In this document: one piece after another, positions 1 through 7,233 of the stretch
Layout of the letters: every line of letters begins with the position of its first letter
Position numbering within the stretch: position 1 is the stretch's first letter
Assembly (NCBI GenBank): GCA_046758705.1
Contig: JBHIAT010000014.1
Location: 1 to 35,550 of the forward strand
Length of the DNA stretch: 35,550 bases
Reading direction: 5' to 3'
Source: Candidatus Bipolaricaulia bacterium
GTDB lineage: Bacteria > Bipolaricaulota > Bipolaricaulia > JBHIAT01
Notes under the pieces: generated by a model
Seen by the model: the letters and a program-made list of their open reading frames with translations, nothing else
Told to the model about the DNA's origin: nothing
Database searches by the model: none
Translations under genes and position numbers: made by a program

Positions 1-1417
1 GATCGTCGACCGAGATGAACCCCAGGATCCGATCTCCCACATACAGGGGGATGAACAACGCATCGCCCGGGTACCAGTCCTTGATCTCCCCGACCGACAT
101 GCGGCTTTTCCGCACGACCATTTCAGGATCCCAGGCGAACTGGCCCTGGGGGATGTAATAGGACCGGCTGAGCTTAAATCGTCCGTCAACGATCTGCTTG
201 CGATCCTCTGGAGCGACCGGGTTCCACTTGATCTTCTTCTCCTCCTCCTGGGTCAGCCCAGCGGTGGCGACCTTCACCACGTTTGCCTGCTCGATCTGCA
301 CCGGGGGGACCGGTCGTTCATAGAGCGAGATCACCGCCCGTCGGAACCGGCTGTGCCGGGTGATGATATCGGTCGCTCGGCCCAGGATCTCATCCACGTC
401 CTGTAGCGACAGGAATCCCTCACCTACTCCCAGCAGGCTCCTCTCGAGTCGTCGCTCCGATCTCCGATCGGTGATCTCTGGCTCTGGCTCCTGGAGCTCT
501 TTTTCCTTCTCACTCAAGACATCGAGGAACGTCTCCACCACCTGCTCATCAAACTGGGTCCCCGCATTCCTGTGCAGCTCGGCGATCGCCTCCGTTTTAG
601 AGAGCGCGTCTCGGTACGGACGGTCGGTCGTCATCGCGTCATAGGCGTCTACCACCGCGATGATCCGGGCTTCCAGGCTGATCTCTTCCCCATTTAGCCC
701 CTCTGGATAACCTTTTCCATCGACCCGCTCGTGATGCTGCTCGATGATCCAGGCCGCCTTCTCCAAGAAGGACTTTTGCGCGGCCATCCGACTGCCGATG
801 GACGGATGCTTGTGCATCTCCACCCGCTCTGCCTCGGTGAGCTTGCCCGATTTGCCGAGGATGTGCTCAGCGATCCCCGCCTTCCCCAGATCATGGAGGT
901 AGGCCGCGTACGCCAGAATATCCAGCCGGTCGGCAGATAGACCGAGCTTTTCTCCTGTCCTCGTCGAGAGCTCCTCGATTCTCCGACAATGTTCTTCGGT
1001 ATATTTGTCCTTCCGTTCGACCTCCTGTGCCAGAGAGACCAAGTCCTTGATATCATCTCGCTCTATATGAAAGGCCGGCTCAGATAGCACATGAAGGAAT
1101 GTTACCCCCGTCCCGGTCTTGAAATAGATTGTCTCTTGCAAAGCATGAGCAAATATGTAATCCCCGGCCCGAAGAACGATCTGTTCACCTTTATCCTCCC
1201 CCATCCAGGTCAACTCTCCGGCCAAGATATAGAGGAACTCATAACCCTGACCTTCCTCGGCAGGGTAAATGGTGAACCTTTGCTCTGGAGGGATGGTGAT
1301 CTTGCTGACTTCCAGGTCACTCCCATGAGCAAGAAGCCTGAGCTCCGCATTAAGGGGTGACCGTACTGTATCGATAGTCTCATCCGAGCGATGGAGACTT
1401 AATCCTTCCGTGTCCAT
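1..1417 (-). CDS. Cupin-HD-GYP-GAF c-di-GMP phosphodiesterase, copy A (3' end runs off the window start)
   Basis: Not in the ORF track. Manual translation from ATG 1417 gives MDTEGLSLHRSDETIDTVRSPLNAELRLLAHGSDLEVSKITIPPEQRF...EVERKDKYTEEHC...YLHDLGK...HHERVDGKGYP, collinear with copy B (2152-3678). Confidence 0.9.
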   Translation of the reverse strand, partial: MDTEGLSLHRSDETIDTVRSPLNAELRLLAHGSDLEVSKITIPPEQRFTIYPAEEGQGYEFLYILAGELTWMGEDKGEQIVLRAGDYIFAHALQETIYFKTGTGVTFLHVLSEPAFHIERDDIKDLVSLAQEVERKDKYTEEHCRRIEELSTRTGEKLGLSADRLDILAYAAYLHDLGKAGIAEHILGKSGKLTEAERVEMHKHPSIGSRMAAQKSFLEKAAWIIEQHHERVDGKGYPEGLNGEEISLEARIIAVVDAYDAMTTDRPYRDALSKTEAIAELHRNAGTQFDEQVVETFLDVLSEKEKELQEPEPEITDRRSERRLERSLLGVGEGFLSLQDVDEILGRATDIITRHSRFRRAVISLYERPVPPVQIEQANVVKVATAGLTQEEEKKIKWNPVAPEDRKQIVDGRFKLSRSYYIPQGQFAWDPEMVVRKSRMSVGEIKDWYPGDALFIPLYVGDRILGFISVDD

Positions 1418-1456
1418 GATGCAATCCTAGGACAACATCGAGAGTCACATATAAAT

Positions 1457-1500
1457 TTAGCCGGGATCAAGCAACACGACCACAACTTGATCCCGACTAA
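1457..1500 (-). terminator. 15-bp stem hairpin between the small secreted gene and HD-GYP gene (copy A); stabiliser or weak terminator
   Basis: Arms TTAGCCGGGATCAAG (1457-1471) and CTTGATCCCGACTAA (1486-1500). The single mismatch is a U-G pair on the minus-strand RNA. Only AUUUA follows, so not a canonical intrinsic terminator. Confidence 0.6.
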
Positions 1501-1527
1501 TCCCACATTAAAGCAAATAAAATAAAT

Positions 1528-1971
1528 CTAGTGTACCCGTATCGGATCGATTAACCTTTTAATGGCTAATGGCCTGTTCCTCCGCCCATTCCCATTAGGG
1601 GCCTTGCCCGTGCCAGCAGGGGAATCCGGTCCGAACCAAACCCAGTTCCACTCCTTTTTGACGTTGCTGAGGTCGAAGCCGCACCTGCGCGCATGTCGCT
1701 TCATCCATCGATTGAAGATCCTCTGCGACCTCCGTTTCGCCCTGCGAGCGTACCGGTTCACCTGTTGGCGAGTCGTCGCCCCGTTCGCCAGATATTGATA
1801 ACTCGCAACCGTGGCCGCGATCCTACTGTTGGTAATTTGAATTAGTTGCTCCAACGAACCAAATCTACAGATTCTTCTTTGACGCGCGTATGCATCCGGC
1901 ACGGAGAGGACCGCCACCACTAACACAAATACGAGGGCTCCAACTACGATAACACCTGACCTACTTCTCAT
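1528..1971 (-). CDS. Small cationic secreted protein A (signal peptide, 2 Cys, TNxRI / RRCG / DPIR motifs), unknown function
   Basis: SD AAGGAGGT upstream; basic N-terminus, hydrophobic stretch and AYA cleavage motif; paralogous to 3825-4265. Confidence 0.85.
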   Translation of the reverse strand: MRSRSGVIVVGALVFVLVVAVLSVPDAYARQRRICRFGSLEQLIQITNSRIAATVASYQYLANGATTRQQVNRYARRAKRRSQRIFNRWMKRHARRCGFDLSNVKKEWNWVWFGPDSPAGTGKAPNGNGRRNRPLAIKRLIDPIRVH

Positions 1972-1978
1972 CTAACCT

Positions 1979-2082
1979 ACCTCCTTACGACAGGCTCACT
2001 TCCTTCGGCAGCTCGGCTATCCTTGCGGACCCGTAGCTTTGCGTCCCCATCTTTCGATGAGTTTGCCTTTGTCGCGTGAGGT
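1979..2082 (-). ncRNA. c-di-GMP-I (GEMM-I) riboswitch with expression platform, copy A
   Basis: Minus strand reads GACAAAG-GCAAAC-UCAUC-GAAA-GAUGG-GGACGCAAAGC-UACGGGUCC-GCAA-GGAUAGCCGAGCUGCCGAA. This matches the GEMM-I consensus (GCAAAC, GNRA-capped P2, GGACGCAAAGC, ...GCCGA). G at the G20-equivalent position (2067). Confidence 0.92.
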
Positions 2083-2128
2083 GGCTTGATGGCTCTGCCA
2101 TTGGACACGTCTTTAGGCTTCACCAAAT

Positions 2129-2160
2129 ATTATACCCCAAAAATCGAAGTTTTATACCTG
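2129..2160 (-). promoter_or_regulatory. Promoter of module A: GGGTATAAT -10 plus conserved upstream CAGGTATnAAACTT block
   Basis: TATAAT at 2129-2134 (minus); the same arrangement is conserved in copy B. Confidence 0.6.
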
Positions 2161-3678
2161 GCCGATCGGATAGCTTCGTTTGATCCGCGTTTCAAACCGG
2201 GCATCCTGGATCGCGATCGCGATCAGATTGGCAAAGATCTCGATCAACTCCAGGTTCTTCGGGATCGGTGCCCGTCCGTCGATCGGATCGTCGACCGAGA
2301 TGAACCCCAAGATCCGATCTCCCACATACAGGGGGATGAACAACGCATCGCCCGGGTACCAGTTCTTGATCTCCCCGACCGACATGCGACTCCTCCTCAC
2401 CACCGTTTCAGGATCCCAGGCGAACCGGCCTTGAGGGATGTAATAGGAGCGGTTGAGCTTGAACCGATCGTCAACGATCTGCTTGCGAACCTTCGGCGCG
2501 ATCGAGCTCTGCTTGATCTTCTTCTCCTCCTCCTGAGTCAGTCCGGAGGTGGCGATCTTCACCACGTTCGCCTCCTCGATCTGCAACACGGGGACCGGTC
2601 GCTCATAGAGCGAGATTACCGCCCGTCGGAACCGGCTGTGCTGGGTGATGGCATCGATCGCCCGATCCAGGATCTCGTTCACGTCCTGTATTGACAGGAG
2701 TTCCTCACCCACTCCCAGTAGCTTCCTCTCAAGTCGCTGCCCCGATCTCCGATTGATGATCGGCTCCTGGAACTCCTCCTCACTCAAGACATCGAGGAAC
2801 GCCCCCACCACCTGCTCATCAAACTGGGTCCCCGAATTCTTGTGCAGCTCTGCGATCGCCTCTGCTTCAGAGAGTGCGTCTCGGTACGGACGGTCGGTCG
2901 TCATCGCATCGTAGGCGTCCACCACCGCGATGATCCGGGCCTCCAGGCTGATCTCTTCTCCGCTCAGCCCCTTCGGATAACCTTTTCCATCGACCCGCTC
3001 GTGATGCTGCTCGATGATCCGACCCGCCTCCTTCAAGAAGGACTTTTGCTGGGCCATCTGCCTGCCGATGGACGGATGCTTGCGGATCTCCTCGCGCTCT
3101 GCCTCGGTGAGCTCGCCCGCTTTGCCGAGAATGTGCTCAGAGATCCCGGCCTTCCCCAGATCATGGAGGTAGGCCGCGGACGCCAGATTCTCCAGCCGGT
3201 CGGCGGACAGACCGAGTTTCTCCCCTGTCTTTATCGAAAGCCCCTCGATTCTCCCACAATGTTCTTCGGTGTATTCGTCCTTGCGCTCGACCTCCTGCAC
3301 CAGGGAGATCAGGTCTTTGATCTCCTTTCGCTCTAGATGAAAGGCCGGTTCAGATAGCATATGGAGGAGTGTCACTTCCGTCTCAGCCTTGAAATAGGCT
3401 TGCTTTTGTAAATTATGAAAAAATATGTAATCTCCTGCCTGGAGAACGATCTGTTCATCCTCTCCCGTCCAGGTCAACTCCCCGGCCAAGATATAGAGGA
3501 ACTCATGACCCTTGCCATTACCGGTCTCGGGCGGATAAAGGGAGAACCTTTGCTCTGGAGGGATGGTGATCTTGCTGACCTCCAGATCATCCCCATGAGC
3601 AAGAAGCCTGAGCTCTATCTGCCCTTGCCTTACTGTATCGATAGCATCACTCGAGCGATGGAGACTTAATCCTTGCAT
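2152..3678 (-). CDS. Cupin-HD-GYP-GAF c-di-GMP phosphodiesterase, copy B (508 aa from ATG 3678)
   Basis: Cupin-like HEFLYILAGEL...LQAGDYIFF; HD-GYP motifs EHCGRI, LHDLGK, HHERVDGKGYP, VDAYDAMTTDRPYR; C-terminal GAF-like (FIPLYVGDRILGFISVDDP...FANLIAIAI). Start chosen by alignment with copy A and an AAGGA RBS. Confidence 0.92.
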   Translation of the reverse strand: MQGLSLHRSSDAIDTVRQGQIELRLLAHGDDLEVSKITIPPEQRFSLYPPETGNGKGHEFLYILAGELTWTGEDEQIVLQAGDYIFFHNLQKQAYFKAETEVTLLHMLSEPAFHLERKEIKDLISLVQEVERKDEYTEEHCGRIEGLSIKTGEKLGLSADRLENLASAAYLHDLGKAGISEHILGKAGELTEAEREEIRKHPSIGRQMAQQKSFLKEAGRIIEQHHERVDGKGYPKGLSGEEISLEARIIAVVDAYDAMTTDRPYRDALSEAEAIAELHKNSGTQFDEQVVGAFLDVLSEEEFQEPIINRRSGQRLERKLLGVGEELLSIQDVNEILDRAIDAITQHSRFRRAVISLYERPVPVLQIEEANVVKIATSGLTQEEEKKIKQSSIAPKVRKQIVDDRFKLNRSYYIPQGRFAWDPETVVRRSRMSVGEIKNWYPGDALFIPLYVGDRILGFISVDDPIDGRAPIPKNLELIEIFANLIAIAIQDARFETRIKRSYPIGQV

Positions 3679-3764
3679 GATACGATCCTTAAGGAAGATG
3701 TACGGATTGACAAAAACCGTCACCGTAAATGAGGAGGGCCTCCAGATGCTTTAGTCCTTTAAAT

Positions 3765-3814
3765 TTAGCCGGGATCAAGCAACACGACTGCAATTTGAAC
3801 TTGATCCCGGCTAA
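3765..3814 (-). terminator. 15-bp perfect stem hairpin between small secreted gene and HD-GYP gene (copy B)
   Basis: TTAGCCGGGATCAAG (3765-3779) / CTTGATCCCGGCTAA (3800-3814); arms conserved with copy A while the loop length differs. Confidence 0.6.
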
Positions 3815-3824
3815 TATCATCAAA

Positions 3825-4265
3825 TTATACCCTTACTGGTACTGGCCCTCTACGTCTACCTCTTCCCGATCCGGCGAACCGTATCGGATCGACCTCAACC
3901 GTGTGACTTCCCCACGGTCCTTGGAGGGTGACTGCCTGGTAATAATGTTCGAACGTGTAACCGCACCGTCTGCCCAGTCTCTCTGCCCTTCTGACGATTC
4001 TCTTCGTCTTCCTGAGCAGCTTGCGGACGATCTTTCTCACCTTTCTGGTATCCTCCACCGACGCCGCTTTATGCCTAGCTATAGCAATCATGCGTTGGAT
4101 CCTGAGGTTGGTTATGTTGACAAGCCGGTGCAACCGCTCGATGCTACACCTATTTCTGTTTCTATCTCTATTGCCACGCGCGAATGTGTTCGGTGCAGCG
4201 AGGATCGCCACCACCAATACCAATAGGAGGGTCCCAACTACGGCAAAAGATAACCTCCTTCTCAT
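3825..4265 (-). CDS. Small cationic secreted protein B (signal peptide, 2 Cys, TNxRI / RRCG / DPIR motifs), unknown function
   Basis: SD AAGGAGGT; signal peptide ending TFA; paralog of 1528-1971. Confidence 0.85.
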   Translation of the reverse strand: MRRRLSFAVVGTLLLVLVVAILAAPNTFARGNRDRNRNRCSIERLHRLVNITNLRIQRMIAIARHKAASVEDTRKVRKIVRKLLRKTKRIVRRAERLGRRCGYTFEHYYQAVTLQGPWGSHTVEVDPIRFAGSGRGRRRGPVPVRV

Positions 4266-4272
4266 CTGAGCT

Positions 4273-4375
4273 ACCTCCTTATGACAGGCTCACTTCCTTC
4301 GGCAGCTCGGCTGTCCTTGCGGATCCGCAGCTTTGCGTCCCCATCTTTCGATGAGTTTGCCTTTGTCACGGAGGT
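4273..4375 (-). ncRNA. c-di-GMP-I (GEMM-I) riboswitch with expression platform, copy B
   Basis: Minus strand GUGACAAAG-GCAAAC-UCAUC-GAAA-GAUGG-GGACGCAAAGC-UGCGGAUCC-GCAA-GGACAGCCGAGCUGCCGAA; near-identical to copy A; G20-equivalent is G (4361). Confidence 0.92.
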
Positions 4376-4420
4376 GCCTTGATGATTTCACCTTTGGACG
4401 CGTCTCTGGGCCTCACCGGA

Positions 4421-4452
4421 ATTATACCCGAGAAACCTAAGTTTGATACCTG
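4421..4452 (-). promoter_or_regulatory. Promoter of module B (GGGTATAAT -10 plus conserved upstream block)
   Basis: TATAAT at 4421-4426 (minus), preceded by CAGGTATCAAACTT as in copy A. Confidence 0.6.
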
Positions 4453-4500
4453 AGTGGATGAAATGAGCTGATCACGGAGCACGGAGGTGAGTCGTGAGCT

Positions 4501-4530
4501 TTGACAACCCCGCCCGGTATGTCCTATGAT
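4501..4530 (+). promoter_or_regulatory. Sigma70-type promoter TTGACA-N18-TATGAT reading into the IscB omegaRNA
   Basis: TTGACA 4501-4506, TATGAT 4525-4530, followed by AAGGAGGT and then the IS left end at 4557. Confidence 0.7.
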
Positions 4531-4556
4531 TAAGTTTGAGCAAGGAGGTAATACAG

Positions 4557-4820
4557 GTCAGCCACCCCACGGTTGAAGCCGGGGGCTTGTGATAGGATAG
4601 GCAAGCCCGGGGCTGATCAGCCTCAGCCAGGGCCGAAAGGCTATCGGGCTACGTTGCGGGGAAGTGCCCAAGCCCAACTTCGCACCCTGGGGTGCGTGAG
4701 CCAGCCCCAGGCTCTGCAACCCGGATGTTAAACAGGCATACGGGGTTGAAGCCGGTGCGTCCGGGAGATGGCCGCCCTGTAACATTGGTGAGGCTCACTT
4801 CACCGGCGAAAGCCGAGGTT
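4557..4820 (+). ncRNA. IscB omegaRNA scaffold (HEARO-like)
   Basis: Characteristic segments GGCTTG...CAAGCCC, GATCAGCCTCAG, CTACGTT, CCAGCCCCAGGCTCTG, TTAAACAG, AACATTGGTGAGGC directly upstream of iscB. Confidence 0.82.
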
Positions 4821-4850
4821 GCCGACGTAAGGAGGCGCTCTAATTCTAAG

Positions 4851-5942
4851 ATGCGTGTGTTCGTACTGGATGTCAACAAGAGAGCTCTTGACCCGTGCCA
4901 TTCAGCTAGGGCACGGCAACTGCTGCGCTCCGGCCGTGCGGCGGTATTCCGACGGTATCCATTCACCATCATCCTGAAAGACCGCACCGCAGAGGAATCC
5001 GTCATGCACAGCCACCGAATCAAGATTGATCCCGGCAGCAGAGTGACTGGGCTGGCCCTGGTACAGGAGGAAACCGGGTGTGTCGTCTGGGCCGCCGAAC
5101 TCCAGCACCGGGGCGAGCAGATCAAGCGCCAGCTCCTGAAGCGAAGGGCGTTGCGGAGAGCGCGCCGCAACTACAAGACCCGTTACCGCAAGCCGCGGTT
5201 CGACAACCGCTGTCGATCCGACGAATGGCTACCACCTAGCCTGGAGAGCCGGGTCCGGAACATTATGACCTGGGTCGAACGCCTGCGGCGCTATGCTCCC
5301 GTTTCCGCTATCTCGGTCGAACTGGCCCACTTCGATACGCAACGGCTCCAGAACTCCGAGATTTCAGGCGTTAAATACCAGCAGGGAGAGTTGTTCGGTT
5401 ACGAGATGCGCGAATACCTGCTGGAGAAGTGGGGCCGTTGCTGTGCCTATTGTGAGGTAGAGAACGTCCCCTTGGAGGTCGAGGTAGGGACGAGCGGACG
5501 GACGAAGTACAACCGCACCCGATTGGGATTGTCCAAGGTGCACTGGACAGACGCTGCGTGTGTTGGGAAAAGCACACCTGACCGGCTCCACATCGAAACG
5601 GGACCGGTCTCCGTCATTCGTGCTACAGGTCACGGAAAGCGACAGCGGTGCGGCACGAACAGGTACGGCTTTCCGATTCGTCACGCGCCGCGGGCAAAGC
5701 GGTTTATGGGATTTCAGACGGGGGACGTGGTGCGGGCGATCGTCCCGCGCGGTAAACATGCGGGTGTCCACGAGGGTCGGATCGCGATCCGTTTTCGACC
5801 CTCGTTCAGGCTCAACGGCTTCGACGTGCATCCGAAGTATCTGCAGCTGTTGCAGAGAGCTGACGGATACGCGTATGCCCTTGAAACGGAATCCCTCGGG
5901 ACTCGAGAAAGGGAGTGCGATGCCTCCTCCCTCAGACTTTAA
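4851..5942 (+). CDS. iscB: IscB RNA-guided nuclease with in-frame deletion of the HNH catalytic region (363 aa)
   Basis: PLMP-like N-terminus (VFVLD..KRALDPC..ARARQLL), RuvC-I KIDPGS, Arg-rich bridge helix RRALRRARR..RYRKPRFDNR, WLPPS, RuvC-II ELAHFD, CAYC, RuvC-III HWTDAACVG. PLEVE joins directly to VGTSGRTKYNR. Confidence 0.88.
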   Translation: MRVFVLDVNKRALDPCHSARARQLLRSGRAAVFRRYPFTIILKDRTAEESVMHSHRIKIDPGSRVTGLALVQEETGCVVWAAELQHRGEQIKRQLLKRRALRRARRNYKTRYRKPRFDNRCRSDEWLPPSLESRVRNIMTWVERLRRYAPVSAISVELAHFDTQRLQNSEISGVKYQQGELFGYEMREYLLEKWGRCCAYCEVENVPLEVEVGTSGRTKYNRTRLGLSKVHWTDAACVGKSTPDRLHIETGPVSVIRATGHGKRQRCGTNRYGFPIRHAPRAKRFMGFQTGDVVRAIVPRGKHAGVHEGRIAIRFRPSFRLNGFDVHPKYLQLLQRADGYAYALETESLGTRERECDASSLRL

Positions 5943-6002
5943 CTTTAGTCCGGGACTTCCGACGCCGTATGATCTGTAGTAGCGAGAAAGGAGGAATCGA
6001 CG

Positions 6003-7202
6003 GTGGGCAATATCAAGCAGTTATTCTTGGTGGGGACGTTAGGGCTGCTCGTTCTCGGCTTATTGTACGGTTGTGCTGCACCGCGGCGGGGGGTTGAGAT
6101 TCAACCTCGACCGCCCACTCCCCAGCCACAACCTACGCCCCAGGCCGAGGAGGAGACGCGAACCGTGACGGTCACCGGAGTCGGAGTCGATCAGGATAGC
6201 GCCTTGGAGAACGCCTACGAAACCGCCATCGAAGAAGCGGTGGGCTTCTTTATAAGCGCCCGTACCCAGATTCAAAACTACAAGCTCATCGATAAATCGA
6301 TCTACAAGAACCTGTCGGGGATGATCCGCAGACGGGAGATTCTGGAAGAGGGATTTACCCAAGACGGTGTCTATGAGGTGCGCGCCCGCATCACCGTCGC
6401 CGTGTCGGTGGACGTCATCCAACAGGAGCTGGCCGCTCTGGAGCTCCTTCAGGAGCGAATAGATCGCCCCCGGATCATGGTGGTGATCCCGGAGACACAC
6501 ATCGGTCAGCGGGTCCCCGATCCAGCCGGGGAGACCGAGGTCATCCGCAAACTGATCGAAAAGCGATTCAACGTCGTCGATCAGGCCCAGGTGCGGCGGA
6601 TCCGCGAGACGGAGGCGGCACAGCTCGCCCTGATGGGGGATACCCAGGCCGCCCAGCGGCTGGCCGCCGAGTTCGATGCCGAGGTGCTGATCATCGGAGA
6701 GGCGTTCAGCGAGAGCGCCGGCCAGACATTGGGGTTGGAGTCGGCCCGAGCGCGGGTCGAAGCTCGAGCGATCAAGGTCGACACCGGCGAGATCCTGGTA
6801 ACGAATGGGTTCTTCGCCTCGGCCGCCGACATCTCCCCCAACATCGCCGGGAAGCAGGCGCTGCAAAAGGCGGGGAGCGAGATGGCCGATTACCTCGTCG
6901 AACAGCTGATCCTGAAGTTCACCGAGTTCGCCAACAACGGCAACAACTTCCAGCTGTTGGTGACCCCGGTCTCGGTTGCCTTACTGCCAGCGTTGCGGGC
7001 CGGGTTGTTCGATATCGACGAGATGCGTGATGTCAACCTGCGCAGCTTCCAAGCCGATGGTCTCATCCGACTCGACGTGTTGTACAACGGCGATGTCGAC
7101 GACCTGGCGGCTGCGATCCTGGATTATCCATTCAGCGGGTTTGCATTGGAGATCGAGTTCCTATCGGCCAACCGGCTCAATCTGGCTTTGAAACCGAGCT
7201 GA
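6003..7202 (+). CDS. Lipoprotein with FlgT-N/LPP20-like N-terminal domain and TolB-N/CsgG-like middle domain
   Basis: RBS AAGGAGG, GTG start, lipobox LYG-C, Pro/Gln linker, TVTVTG...ALENAY..AIEEAVG, RPRIMVVIPE. Confidence 0.7.
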   Translation: MGNIKQLFLVGTLGLLVLGLLYGCAAPRRGVEIQPRPPTPQPQPTPQAEEETRTVTVTGVGVDQDSALENAYETAIEEAVGFFISARTQIQNYKLIDKSIYKNLSGMIRRREILEEGFTQDGVYEVRARITVAVSVDVIQQELAALELLQERIDRPRIMVVIPETHIGQRVPDPAGETEVIRKLIEKRFNVVDQAQVRRIRETEAAQLALMGDTQAAQRLAAEFDAEVLIIGEAFSESAGQTLGLESARARVEARAIKVDTGEILVTNGFFASAADISPNIAGKQALQKAGSEMADYLVEQLILKFTEFANNGNNFQLLVTPVSVALLPALRAGLFDIDEMRDVNLRSFQADGLIRLDVLYNGDVDDLAAAILDYPFSGFALEIEFLSANRLNLALKPS

Positions 7203-7233
7203 TCCTGGAGAGATGTCGCTCAGGAGGTAAAAA

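Larger units (their letters stand above)
4557..5975 (+). mobile_element. Non-autonomous IS200/IS605-family IscB (OMEGA/HEARO) element
   Basis: Left end GTCAGCCACCCCACGGTTGAAGCCGGGGGCTTG hairpin; iscB ORF; imperfect right-end hairpin around 5928-5955; no tnpA. The right boundary is approximate. Confidence 0.85.

Noticed and set aside
2000-4365. Riboswitches being the 3'3'-cGAMP (GEMM-Ib) variant
   Set aside because: The short P3 resembles some cGAMP-type aptamers, but the specificity position (G20-equivalent) is G, not A, in both copies. Binding data would settle it.
4692-4850. N-terminal extension of IscB
   Set aside because: It overlaps the omegaRNA scaffold; the PLMP-like domain starts at ATG 4851.
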